A stretch of DNA of 64,000 nucleotides from Microbotryum violaceum. Its lineage: Eukaryota. The notes below the pieces were generated by a model. The model saw only the letters and a list, made by a program, of their open reading frames with translations, had not been told where the DNA came from and ran no database searches. The stretch's first letter is position 1. Every line of letters begins with the position of its first letter. This document shows positions 13,001 through 25,378 of this stretch, piece after piece. The stretch lies in assembly GCA_001244265.2 (NCBI GenBank), contig CDLV01000006.1:2232001-2296000 (forward strand), written 5' to 3'. The translations under genes were made by a program, and so were the position numbers.

Positions 13001-13812
13001 CCGAATTGCCGGCACCGGATCCGACAGCTCAGTCCCGGCGTCTGGCTGTCCAGCGTGAGTCACGCAGCTTGACAGCTCGATCAACTCGTCGTTGCATTGG
13101 CCGACGAGCCAAACTGATCCGAAAACTCTTTGTGGATATTTAAAGTATCTCAACGACTGATTGAGACACTTGTAAGGTCTCTTAGCAAGCTTACTCGCGA
13201 GCAAATGCGCTACTTCACCGTGCCTACCATGTGTTTGAAGGCGCGGCGACGCTCGCGATCGCAACCTTGCAAACACCATCAGATCAAGCCTTCGTTGAAT
13301 TGAACGATTGCTGGATCGTTGATGCTCGTGATGCACTGGTTCAAATGGGCGACGACACCGTGACCGCTTCCGAGGCCGCACTCTGCCTTGATGCGCTGCG
13401 CCATAAAATTTCAACGATCGTTCCGCCGCGCACTCGACTCGCGCCAGTTCATCCTCCACGAGATCCAATAGGTGCAACGATCACCAAGCACTCGGGTTTC
13501 ACCTCAACCTACTCGAATGGTCGGCACGTCTCGGTCTCTTCAACCTCGTCGACGAATTCTAGGCTCGGCAGTGGGCTCGGCTCGCATCCACCAGTCAACT
13601 CTGACCAAGTGATGTCGATTCAACCCCACGCCGCAACGGGTGCGGATGTCGATGCCGAGTACGACGGATGGTGGTTGAGGCCTGAGGGAGGGGAACTGGT
13701 GTGGCCTCTCGGTCAAGGCGCGCTCGAATTTAACCACAGAGACTATCGGACGCACTTGTTGGAACGTCTTGACATACTCATGCCCCCGACGCCATCAGTA
13801 CTTTCATCGTGA
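10080..13812 (+). CDS. Zn(II)2Cys6 fungal transcription factor with fungal-specific TF domain (multi-exon)
   Basis: RNRQQLSCVACHLRKQACDKVVPCSRCIK; middle-homology motifs (LPSRQLADFLLDWFF, GMHHEP..EAELRRR, ITLGRPY, YRIQMHR). Exon structure at 10.4-11.5 kb is uncertain; alternative ATG at 10056. Confidence 0.82.
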
Positions 13813-14274
13813 TGTCTGTTCGCGCCCACTTGACAATTCAGAATTCCCTCATCAGCGTCCTAAGCATACCCACCTGATCGGCCCTTACATTCATTGACGC
13901 AAAGCTGAGTTCCGTAAACTCCCCTATCTCCCCCACCCTCTCTCTATATATATTTGCATAAAATATCCTTCAGTAGTGTTGCCATTACCGCCTCGGCTCA
14001 GCCGAGGTCTACAGAGTGGACTGCGATCCTGCGCTCACGATTTGAAATCCAATTCGTGGCGGATGTTGCTCCCATACGATCCGCTCGCGCTCGAAACGAC
14101 CGCGGATCAATAATTCATTCAGGACTTGTTGCACACATGAGTAGGAAAATGGACAAACGGAATTTGCAGCGGGTTGTTTACGACAAAGACAGGGAGCGAG
14201 GTCTAGCACGAATGAAGAAGAAACTAGTACAACGTACAAAGGAGTTGGCGTGAGGAGATGACGGGCGTCTTCTA

Positions 14275-16935
14275 TCACTGGGCGGGTTCAGCGTACTCGA
14301 GATAATCGAGGTCGTCGTCGTCTGATAGAGAGTCATCGGCCATATCCGCACCATCGAACAAGTCGAACTCGTCCGTGTCTACGATAGTAGGATTGACGCT
14401 CTGCGATCTCAACCGCCCTGCATCTGCTCGATCGGAGATGGGGTCGTGCAAGTGCGCAGTCGACGGCGTCACGGGCGTAGGCGGTGCGCCTTGGACCCGT
14501 GGTGCGTATCCAACAGCGCCCATCGGTATGCCTTGCAGCGAGATCCCGACCCAAGTCATCGATCCGGCCTGCGACGTTTCTTGCAGCTGGAAACGTTGCT
14601 GCTGAAGCGCCGCGAGTTCGGCAAGCCCGGCTCCACGAGGCAAGCCGGCACCGGGGGTGTGTCCTGGGCCCGCCAGGGGGTTTCGATGCCACATTGGAGG
14701 CGCAATCCCGCTTCGAGCGATCGCGCCACCACTATGTGATCCTTGCGCCTCTCGTGGCGATTGCGCAACGACAAAACTCTGCGCGTGGAGGCGCTGCGCT
14801 TCCTGTTGTTGCCGCACCAGTTCTTCCTCAAGCCGCATGCGCTCCTTGTACTGGTGCATAACGTCGAGCTTTCCGTCCTTCTTCCACATGAACCACTCTG
14901 CCGTGTTGCGACGCGGTCCAAGCGATTCGTAGTCCGTCTCGTCGCGGCACAGGGCGCCAATGAAGTCGAGCCATTCGTACGCGGTCAAGTCGGCCACGTT
15001 TTGTGTCTGCGGGTGGTCGATGCGCACGGTCGACAGCTTGTGCAGGCCACCTGATTGCTCACGGATGACTTCGACCAGACGAGCTACGCCTTGTGCGGAT
15101 ACGTCTTTACAATGTTGTACGTCCAAGGTTTCCAACGTCGGGGCCAGTCGAGCGAGATTCGCGATGAGTTGATCCGAGGTGGTGGTGTCGTAGAGCACAA
15201 GCGAGCAGAGCGTTGTCTTGAGTGCCATGAGACCGTAAGCCAGGCTCGTTTCATCGTAGTCACATTCCGTGACCGACAAACTCGTTAGATAGGGCGCGCA
15301 CAAACCGAGGACGACGAGCAGGTTGCGCGTTTCATCGGCGGCCGCATCGTGGGCGTCGATCGTCAGGCCGATCAGATCAGCCGATTCTAAACTCGGCATC
15401 AAGAGAAAGGGGGTGGGTAACCACTGGCCGTCCGTCCCGGTATCGACGCTGTCCAATGAGGTGAAAATGGGGAGGGTGATCTCGCTTTGCAGGATCAACG
15501 ACCGCAAAACCGGCAAGATGATCGGCGTCGGATCGGCGGGAATCACCTCTCCGTCGTCGTCGATCGCCTCGTCTCGCCAAATGACCCCAAATTCGCGGAA
15601 GTGCCCGTTGGTTTGCAACTCTCGGAGTTCGGCAAGCAGATGCGGATCGTGCTGTTCGATGCACCGGCGATGGTCGATCACGGCATCCTGCGAACTTACT
15701 TCGCCTATCGACACCTCCCGCAGCTCCAGATGAACAAGCGTATATCGCGCCGCTTTCAACACCGCATAGATCGACATGCCCTTCAAGTCGACGTCCACGA
15801 GGACGATGGTGGTCAACGTTGGCACAACAACTGGAGTCGAATCGAACGGTACAATCACGATCCCTCTCATCGAGATGTGTTCGAGGGCGTAGAGGTGTGA
15901 TGACAGGGGCCCACCTGCGGGCTGGAGACACCAGTTGCTCGAGAAGTCGAGCTGGTGCCCACCTTCCATCTCTCGGCCGCACCGCAGAGAAACGGTGTTC
16001 ACATTTGGCCATGACCACAGGGCTTTCCAGCTAGCCGGAAGCAACGGCGTTCCAAAGTACATGTCGAGCCTGTGGCGCATCGAGGCGTCAGCTTGAGGGA
16101 GTCTACTTCGCACCCTATGGATTACTCACAGATCGAGGTCGCCCAAAAGGGGGTCGCGAGCAAATTGGACGAGCGTGTGGGCCAGCATGACAGTAACACT
16201 TGTACTGGGTTCGCTGATGAATTTTAGGTGGCGCAGGGAAGAGCAAAGCCGAGTCTTGTGGTCGGGCAATGTAACCCGCATCAGGCACGCGTGGCGGACC
16301 ATGTCGACGATTGTCTGCAAGCGTTGCACGTACTCCAAGTCGGAAAGGTTCCGATCCAGGGGGTAGCAATCCGATCGGGTACGTTGGCCGGAAAGGACTA
16401 TGGTCAACTGCTGAAGTCCTCCTCCGTGGCGAGTATGGCTGACGCTCGCTCGACGAAGCCAGGTTTCAAAATGGGCCACCCCAAAGTCATCGTCGCCGAG
16501 TTTGATCCTCAATTTGGGCCATAGCCGAGGTTCGTTGTGCAAGAAGGTGGCCCATGAACGAGAGACGAGGCAGAGCCGGGTGCGTTCGACCTGGGTGAGC
16601 TGCTGCACGATAAGGAGGAAGACCTCGTTCGGCAAAGGCGCGAGGGGCGACAGAGCGCCGACCGAGGCCGACGGGGAGCAGCTCTTGCGCGCGTACGGCA
16701 TCAAGGGGGAAACGATGGCCGTGTCGCTTGATGACGATGACGACGGCGAGGAAGAGGAGCACGAGGATGTCGGGCCAGAGGTGGTGTGAGTTGCACTAGA
16801 GTCCTCGGGGGTGTGCTTGTGGGACGAGTCGGTGCTGGGAGGGGAGGGGGGAAGGCGGTGGCTCGGTGGCCGCGGGGCTCGAAGGGGAACGGAAGGAGCG
16901 GCTGATGTTGCATGCTGAACCGCCGGCGAGTCCAT
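14275..16935 (-). CDS. F-box protein with RNI-like LRR region
   Basis: F-box LAPLPNEVFLLIVQQL..RLCLVSRSW..EPRLW. A 60-nt intron (16070-16129, GTGAGT..CAG) joins it to the 612-aa ORF with LRR-like repeats (LETLDVQHCKDVSAQGV). Confidence 0.8.
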
Positions 16936-17040
16936 CACACTAAAGGCTCTTCCGGTTTGATCGTATGTGCCAGGAAGGTGTTGATTTGAAAGTACGTCTG
17001 CGGGTTGTTCACGTGATCAACGCGTCGTCGTTCCGTAGAG

Positions 17041-17062
17041 CGTGACGTGACGTGACGTGACG
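17041..17062. repeat. (CGTGA)n microsatellite, about 4 copies
   Basis: cgtgacgtgacgtgacgtgacg, about 105 bp upstream of the F-box start. Confidence 0.9.
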
Positions 17063-17950
17063 GCGGGCAGCGAGCTAGCTCGTTGCGTGGTGGGGTGGTG
17101 AGTGGTGTGGCCTTGGCCTGGGCGAGCGAGCCGCTGTCATGTGCAAAGTCAAAGAACGGCGAGCTCATGTCAGCCACAGGATCGACCTGGCAAGGGACAC
17201 GATGGTAGACCACCGTGTGTTCGATCGTGTCAGCGTCTACTGAGATCGTGCTGGTCGGTACAGGACCTGATGCCAGATCGCAGTGTCTACCCTCCTATGG
17301 GTGGCGACCGAGTTGGAGACGAGGTCGTGTCGGCGGAGCGTCGAGGGGGGGAGCTCACAAGCGCACGTGACCCACACCGGGGTCGTAGGCAAGCCTGTAG
17401 CAGGCAAGTGGACAACGTGAAGGCTGAACTAGGACTCACAACCAAGCTTTGGACGAGCAGCGATAAGGGCGCTGTAGGGTCTGACCCAGGACGACTCGGC
17501 CGATGCCGAAGGACTGCTGGCGATTGCCAATTGGCAGTCTGCCGATGGGGGGAGCCGCGACGACGTCGACAACGACAAGTCGACGACACGAGCTCGAGAC
17601 GACTGGCCCGAGTCCAAATCAGCGCTTCAGTAGTTAGACGAGCAAGAGGAAAGTGTGCAACACAAGCGCGTCGAAGCTTCACGCCCATGCGTCCCCCGGC
17701 CTGTGTTGTCGGCAAGGTCAAATCGCGACTGCTCGGCAGCTGAGCTGAGCTGTTGAGCCTGTGCGGCCAGTGTCTGGGCTCGCCAGGGTCTGTCAGGGTC
17801 GACTTCGTTTGCATGATGTGCACGATTCAAATTGTCCTCTTTAAACGCGCTCGTTACTCAAATAGCGCGGGTTCGCCCGCGGCGCGCCATTCGCCCCCAA
17901 TCGGCGAATTACTAATCCCAACCGGCCCCCTTTCAATATGACTGAGACAC

Positions 17951-19752
17951 ATGACCACACAGCCGATGCTGGCCTGCCACTTTATGGCTTTGACCGGCCG
18001 CTTCACACATACACATACACACATCCAAGGCCACCGCTCCTTCGCTAAATGTTACACCACTCTTTTGACTCATACACGAATTGCTGGCAACTCGAGCAGG
18101 CCGGTGACGTCGATTCCTCTGCCCAATTGTCGTCCCAGCGTGCCGGATCGTTGTTTCGTCAGTGCGCTCGCCGAAGCTCGTCTCGTCGAATGCCTCGCCT
18201 CGATCCGCGATCGCTCGCTGCAGACACTCTTCTCCAATTGCTGGCTCAACACGCTCGACACGACCATTTTCGACCACTTTGCCGACAATGGACAGGCCGA
18301 CCTGGCGCGAGCCCAGCCGAGGACTTGGGTCATCACCGGTCAGTTGACAGGTCCGAAGGTCGTGCCAAATCGGTCGTTGTCCAGTCGCGACTTTGTGTCT
18401 GCGAGCCGGCGTGTGGTGCTACGGCGATCGACCGGCTGGCCTTGGCGAGTGTCAGCAGCAGCAGCGGTGTACTCATTGTTGGAATCAACGATGATCCCGA
18501 AATGATCAACAAAAGAATAAGAACGGCTGGACCAGGAGTCGAACCTGGGTCGCTTCCATTAATCGGAAAAGCTTAGTGGTCAACCACTAAGCTATCCGGC
18601 CCCCGATATCAGTGCAAGGTCTACTAACACCTTCAACACTCATCACGGTCGTCATTGACTTTCACAGGCGACATTGCTGCCATGTGGCTACGAGATAGCA
18701 CCAATCAGGTCGTACGTTCAGCTCACCTGCATCTACCTCGGTGGAATGCCGGCGCGCCGTTCACTGAAATGGCCTCTCCGCGCGCACCTCCACCTCCTGT
18801 CCCTCTCTGCACGACAAGAGACCCCTTACCTCTCACTCCTTGCGCCGCCCCCGGGTACAAATCCCGCAAATTACACTCCCGATCAAAAAGAATGGGAAGC
18901 CTTGTATCGACTCATGCTAGGCGTCGTCTACGCCCAGGCCTCGTGCATTCTCCTACACCCTCGTGCGACCGAACCCCCACTTGGCTCAGAGACTCAATCG
19001 GCTGACCCTCGCTCTCCTAACCCACCCCTACCCTCTATTGTCGATGTTGCCCTCGTTTCGATCAGACGCCTAGGGCGAATACAAATCGGCTCCATCCGGT
19101 CGCCCGCATCAATCTTTGTGTCTCACACTTTGTTCCAACATTGCCATCGTCCCCACCCCTCTCGATCATCAGTAAGTCACGCTTTCCTCGCTGTGTCTAT
19201 CCGACAACCAGCCCAAGGAGCCTGCTAACATTCAGCAACACGACATCCCTTAATTCTTCTCACGTAGAACAACGTCTGTGTCATCGTCGTCATTGTCATC
19301 GTCGTCGTTGTTGGATATCAAGTCACGGGTTGGCAGGTCGCTGGGGATGGAAGGATAAGGACGGCACGACAGCTTAGAGAGCGGATGGTGGGATGCAACA
19401 CTCCCACGGCTTGGGTTTGAATAGTTTGAATAGTTCTGTTTGGTCGAGGTAGATTACATCGCACACCAGTGCGGGTGGCGTTCAAGAAGCTTCCCCGGGC
19501 TGCACATTCCGTGCGCCGTCGGATGTTGCAATCTACACCGGATCGGCCGTTTATCTGAGCCCATGTCGATCATGATGCGTGCTCTGACCTCGGACGACGA
19601 CCACGAGATCCTCGAATGCCTCGACATGTCGAAGCAATGTACGGCAGGGACGGGTTTGATGCATGAGAGTTACCAGAAGGATGATCCGAGACGGTACACG
19701 AGGAGTTGGTTCGCATGGGCCAATGGCCTGTTCGGGGAGTTGATCTTGGATG
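17951..19752 (+). pseudogene. Glycoside hydrolase family 125 (DUF1237) relic
   Basis: N-terminal motifs LFSNCWLNTLDTT, TWVITG|DIAAMWLRDSTNQ and C-terminal PMSIMMRALTSDDD..TAGTGLMHES..YTRSWFAWANGLFGELIL are present; the central part is not recognisable. Confidence 0.75.
18524..18601 (-). tRNA. tRNA-like gene or pseudogene (aberrant D-arm and anticodon loop; possibly Asn-derived)
   Basis: GGCCGGA..TCCAGCC acceptor stem (1 mismatch), A-box TAGCTTAGTGG, perfect T-arm CCAGG-TTCGACT-CCTGG, discriminator G, downstream TTTT. Confidence 0.7.
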
Positions 19753-19926
19753 TGTGGGAAAGCCTTGTGGGTGGAGGAAGCGAGTTGTCCGAAATTGGCC
19801 GAAACTGGTGGAAACCGGTAGTCCTTTTTTTCCCTAGCCGCCCCGCCAGCCCGAAGCGGGATAAGCGCGAAAGTCGACGGCCAGCTCTCGTTCGCTACCC
19901 CCTCGTCCCACTTCGCATAACACAAA

Positions 19927-20974
19927 ATGTAAGCCTCTTCGGGTCACCCACCCACTTCTAAGGATGGCACCCACTTCCTCCTTGTGCATCGACTCACGAC
20001 CCACGACTCGGAGCTGCGACACGCTGGTTGGGAGGCAAAGTGGGCTGCGTGGGCGTCGATGGTTGCGGACTGGGGCGTGGGCGCCATCGCACTCAGTCTT
20101 TGGCCCGCGCCTAAGCCCAAACGATTTTGAACGGCGAGCCTGGACAGCTGGCGGGGGGGCGGGGGCGCGAGGGACGCACAGCTGCGATGAAGGACGAGCA
20201 CAACGAGCACAACGCAGCTGGGTTCAGGAATGCTTGATGCCCGAGCAATGGATGTAGAGGCGTTGGCACAAGATATGGTGGCCAGCGAAGACGACCGCAG
20301 CCTCGACCATAGCCGATGCGAGTGCGGGCCTGTGAGGACAGGACGCATCCGCTCAGCTCGGCGCAGCCCACACGCCACACGCCAGTCCACCTCCTGCGCA
20401 CGCCCGAACCATCCGCAATGCCATTGACGCCTCCATCATGCGGTTGACCTCGACCGCACCACCATATCGACCGAATCATTCAACACATGATGCAAAACTG
20501 CTTGCTGACCGTGACGCTTCTTCCGTTCACTCATCAGGGCTAAAGCAGGAGCAGCTGGAAAGAAGAAGAAGTGGAGCAAGGGTCAGTAAATGACCATTGG
20601 TCTCACATCCTCATACACTGGGACTGACCTTGATCCTCCTCTATAACGGCTCTCAGGAAAGGTCAAGGACAAGGCCAACAACGCCGTCGTCTGCGACAAG
20701 GCCACCTTTGACCGCATCATGAAGGAGGTCCCGACCTACAAGCTCATTTCGCAATCTGTTCTCATCGACCGAATGAAGATCAACGGCTCGCTCGCCCGCG
20801 TCGCGATCCGTCAATTGAAGAAGGAAGGCCTCATCAAGCCCGTCGTTCACCACACCTCTCAGGTCAGTCAGCGCGCCGTCTCCGCCTCCCCGGCTCACTT
20901 GTAGAGACTGATCGTCCCCCTTGCGCATCCCACAGCTCGTCTACACCCGTGCTATCGCTGCCGAGGCCGAATAA
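19927..20974 (+). CDS. RPS25: 40S ribosomal protein S25 (eS25)
   Basis: AKAGAAGKKKKWSKGKVKDKANNAV..KEVPTYKLIS..DRMKINGSLAR..LVYTRA; start codon split AT|G by an intron at 19929-20537. Confidence 0.95.
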
Positions 20975-21377
20975 CTGCTTCGTCAATTATCCGCAAGCAG
21001 TATTATCTAGACATTCGGGGGAGCAAAACGATGGACTTGGAGAACGGGCCGAGATGAAGGTGTCTCAAATGAAGGGGTTGTGGAGGCCTTGACCTAGTGC
21101 AGTGATCAAACCTTGACGATCCAAAACAAAACATTCCACAACCTTTGTATAATCTTAGGCCGTATGAAAAGCGGTACAGATTTTACAAATCGCATTCAAT
21201 TCTTGAACGCCTTTCGGCCGGGAAGGGCTCTCGGGAAGAAGGCAAGCGAAGCACAGTTTGACTCGACGGAACGCATTCAAGAGAACATACAGCACGCTAT
21301 AGATTGAATTCATAGATTCCAACTAAGACAGCCAAAAATCGCACGAGTCCTTCCTCCAATCCTCTGAACATACCCAA

Positions 21378-24036
21378 TTAACGAGCCGGCAATCGCACTC
21401 GTTTAAACACAGCCGTCTTGCCCATCTCGGTCCAACGCAGTCGGATCTCTTCCACGACGTCGATGCGCTTCGTTTCTGCTTCAAGTGGTGCGTCCGGAGG
21501 TGGCTCGATCGTTTCGGTCGATCGTATAAAAATCATCTGGGTAGGGGTCGCACCGGCGTTGGAGAACCTGTTGGCGCAAACAAATGATCCGCATGATCCG
21601 CATGATCCGCATGAAGGTCAGACCTCTTCAGTACTCCAGGGACTGGGCGACTGATAACGCACCCGATAGCAGCAACTCTACCCCATCCTTCCATAGTCCC
21701 CTGATCCCAATCCGGCACCTCCTGAGAACCATTCCAATCGTCTGGATCGAAGGCGGACCATTGCAATAGCTGTTCGTTCCTCACACTTGGGATTGTACCG
21801 AGGTTCACTTGATCGATCGAACTTGCAACTTCTTCAATGGGACTTAGAGGGACTGCCCAAGAGACCTGGAGCAGGGAATGAGCGAGCGGATGATCAACCC
21901 CTATCCCGGGAGCTGGTCGTGGACTAAACACGCGTGTAGGGCAGCGCTCACCTGACCCGACGGCACGTTCGCATCACCAGTGACCTTGCAAAATTCGAGT
22001 TGACGTTCGTATACTGTCGCATCGGGGTGTACGGAAGGCATTGTATCGCTCGCGACGAGACGAACGGTGATGTAGCCGAATTCGAGGCCGTGCGGTCCGT
22101 AGGTGCCAATCCTGCGTTCGGTATGGAGGAATGTAGCCAGTCAGATATGCTACGGAGAACGCTGTTAGGAAGGGAAACTCACCAGAGGCCCTCCAAGGAA
22201 GAGGCTAAAATATCTCCATCCGGACCGACCGTAGCGGGTATCGTGTCGCCGTACTTGATCGTATTCGAAGGCGCCACGATGGGGTAAAATTCTTCGCCTG
22301 CGCACGAACGATCGTTCGGGTTTAGCAGAATGGGCAGTGTCACAATAACTCGGAATCTCATTGCTACAACTTACGATCGGTCCTGACGATTTCCTCTCCG
22401 TGGTATTCCTCATTATGCTCTTGCTGCAAGGGCTGCGTCGGCAGTGGGGTTTCGGGCTGCAAATGGAACGTGAATCCGCCCGGCTGGCCGAGCACTTCTC
22501 CCCCAGCTCGAATTATTGCAACACCGGGGTGTGGGTCTGGATCGAGGTCGCGCCCACCGTTCCAAAGGATCTCGGGACCACCTCTCGGCCCTCGCATGGG
22601 TCGGTAAGGGACTTCTGCGTTGGCAACTCGGGGTCCACCGAGCGGGTCGAACTGACCAAAGACGTCCCGAGGCGGTGACCGTGAGAACATGCCCGGCAGT
22701 GTCGTGAGCTTTCGTCGTACTTGGAGATGGAAACCCTCGACGACGGTGCGAGAACCCAGACGGGGGTCGTCAAATGGCACGGTCCCATCGGCAAGATCAC
22801 CGACCGAACGAGGGAGTGAGATGGACGAAGAGGAAGCGGGTGAACGAGGCTCAGTCACCTCTTGCGTAACACTGCGTGGTTGTCCTCGATCCAAAACCCA
22901 TTCGTTCATACCGCGAAAAATGCCTCGCCGGCGAGTCGGAGTTGAGGCTGGGGCAAGGTCAACGCCTACCAACTCTTCGGTGGGCCAAGGCCGGATCGGC
23001 GCTCGCCCGGTGAAGAGTCTGATCAGACTGTCTGCGTCTTGGCGACTGCGCTCCTGTTCGTTGTGGTAACCACCTGTCGAGTGGAGCACATCCCTGATCA
23101 CTTTCTCCAAGCGTAGCCGAAGCTGCTGGCCGAATCGGTCTGGGGATGTGCCCGAGTACGGAGCTGTCGAAAGGAGCGCTCCGGAAGACTCGTTGATGCT
23201 GAACAAGTCCCGCCATCCATACTCTGGATCAAGGATATCGACCGATAGTCCTCGATCAGGCGTGGCGGATCCTGGACCGCGACGAGGGACGTAGTACGAG
23301 GCATGATCGCGCCCATCTCGACGGCATCCGTGTGGCAAAATCGGCGGTGGGTGCGCAAGCGAATGATACAGGTTGCGAGGTATCAACTGCGACGCGGTGA
23401 TGGTCAGGGTCGGTATTGCGGATGTGCCGGTCTCTGCGAGGGACGTTCTCAAGCGTACGATGCGGGAACTGCACACCGGTCGAAGCCTGATTAGCGCTGA
23501 ATCTTCACAGCGTCGCCCGGCTCGAGTCCACGGGCGACTCACGTGTACGGGGATGAGGATATCCAATAGCCGAGATGCTGCGAGTGGGGTAACAGAAAAT
23601 TGGTTTGCTTCCACCAGCCATCACCATCATAGTCCGTGATTGATTCGTCGTTCAGATACGCCGAGTCTAAACGGTGAGAGCTTTGCGCCGCCGACGATTT
23701 TCGATCGACGCTGTCGGTCTCGGTTGCTGGCGGGGGAGGCGGCGGCTGAGAGCTAGGGTGGAGGTGCTTGGATCTGGGTACGAGCTTGCCACCAAGTTGT
23801 ACTGGTTCGGACAAAGGTTCTCCACCATCCGAGGTGCGTATCGATACGCAGATCTGGCGCCACAGCAGCTCGGAACGCGCGATCGTGTGCAGGCTGCGAC
23901 ACGTCTCGGACACTCTCACGATCGCCTGAGCCGCGGCAAACTCGAGACAGCGCAGCGTCAGCTCGGGCGGCAACGTCGTCAGCGAAGGGCCTTTGGTGGG
24001 GGGACCAGGAGTCGGACTACGGGTGAGAGACAGCAT
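21378..24036 (-). CDS. F-box protein with FBXO31-like (cyclin D1-binding/DUF3506) C-terminal domain
   Basis: F-box LTTLPPELTLRCL..SETCRSL..SELLWRQIC; C-terminal LEGLW..GTYGPHGLEF..KVTGDANVPSGQ; multi-exon, stop at 21378. Confidence 0.8.
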
Positions 24037-24421
24037 CGGGGAAGAGACACTGTCATTGGTGGTGCACGAGTAAAAGAGTGGGAAATGAGCGCTTGACCGA
24101 CGAAGAGCGCCACTTGATGATCGCGGGCGGTGTTGCGCGGTGAGGTCGGTGAAACGCGGTGACTCGCAGTGACCGGCATGCAGTGAGCGCTTTGAGCGAG
24201 AAAGTGGGGGCCGCCTTCCTTAGTAGCGCGCCTACAATCGCTCTCCTTTCCTCCTTTCCCACACTAAACGCCAGTATTACCGAGTGACGGCTTCCCTTAT
24301 CGATTCCCGAGCGCGCGGACCGGGAGCCTCAAAGCTGGCTTCCCCTCGACTCTTGGTTGGCACTCGATCGTGGCATCGCTGCTTCACCAACACCCCCACC
24401 CCCACCACCATCTCACGAGCC

Positions 24422-25232
24422 ATGTCGTCATCCTCCCTCTCCTCCTCGCCTCTGCCCAAGGTCGCTCCCACTCGCCTAGGCAAGAGCGTCATCACCTCCA
24501 ACAAGCCCCTCGACGACGCGAAATGGATCGAACTGCGCGCACTCGAGTGGACCGACCAAGACGGCAAGGATCGCAAATGGGAGACCGTTAGGCGCAAGAC
24601 GACCAACGAAGCCGGCGTCGACGCGGTTGCGATTGCCACTTTGCTCAAACACCCTTCTCGGCCCTTGTCGACCATCATCATCCTTCAATACCGACCACCT
24701 ATCGATGCGATTTGCGTCGAGCTCCCCGCGGGACTGATCGATGCCAATGAAGGACCCGAAAAGTCCGCGCTGAGGGAATTGCACGAGGAGACGGGCTATG
24801 GAGGACTAGCATTCGAGGGGAGGATCAAAATCGTTGAGCTTGGGGGCGTCGTTCCTTCTGACCCAGGCATGAGTGTTGCCAACATGCATCTTGGTTAGCC
24901 TTCGAACAGTAATTGGACTTGCGTCAGCATACACTGATCCCTTTCGTTTACTCCACCAGCTACGGTCGAGGTTGAGCTCAAGGAAGACGAGGAAGAGCCC
25001 GAGCCCAAATTGGAGCCAGGTAAGTCCTTTGCTTGTCCTGTCTCCATCCACATTACGTTCATGCAACAGTCCAAAACATCTTCATTCAGGAGAACACATC
25101 GAAGTACGCGTGACCCCGCTCGCCGAACTCTACTTGCACCTCAAGGCCTACGAAAAACTCGGCTATACCGTCGACGCCCGATTGCACCATTTTGCCGCCG
25201 GCATCGAAATGGCGAAAAAGTACAAGCTCTAG
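24422..25232 (+). CDS. YSA1: Nudix hydrolase, ADP-ribose pyrophosphatase (Ysa1/NUDT5)
   Basis: Nudix box GLIDANEGPEKSALRELHEETGY, QYRPP, SDPG, GEHIEV, VDARL; two introns. Confidence 0.9.
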
Positions 25233-25378
25233 TTATGCGGACATATGGTCTTACAATAGCAGACACTGGCTTGCATTCCATATTGTAATGTCATTTTCGA
25301 GGCATAGAGAAGAGCGCACGCTTGAGCCAAATGAGTACACGACACCGAAAGTGAGATCTGCCCTACGCACAGAGGTAA

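Noticed and set aside
16113-16129. Frameshift between the F-box and LRR ORFs
   Set aside because: Explained by a canonical 60-nt intron (16070-16129).
17889-17916. Hairpin ATTCGCC..GGCGAAT followed by CTAAT as a Helitron end
   Set aside because: The spacing is too short and there is no matching 5' end; likely chance.
18524-18601. Functional tRNA-Sec or ochre suppressor tRNA
   Set aside because: No TCA anticodon or long variable arm; the loop lacks U33 and the acceptor stem has a mismatch.
19929-20537. C/D-box snoRNA in the RPS25 intron
   Set aside because: Only imperfect C-box-like words, with no convincing D box or terminal stem.
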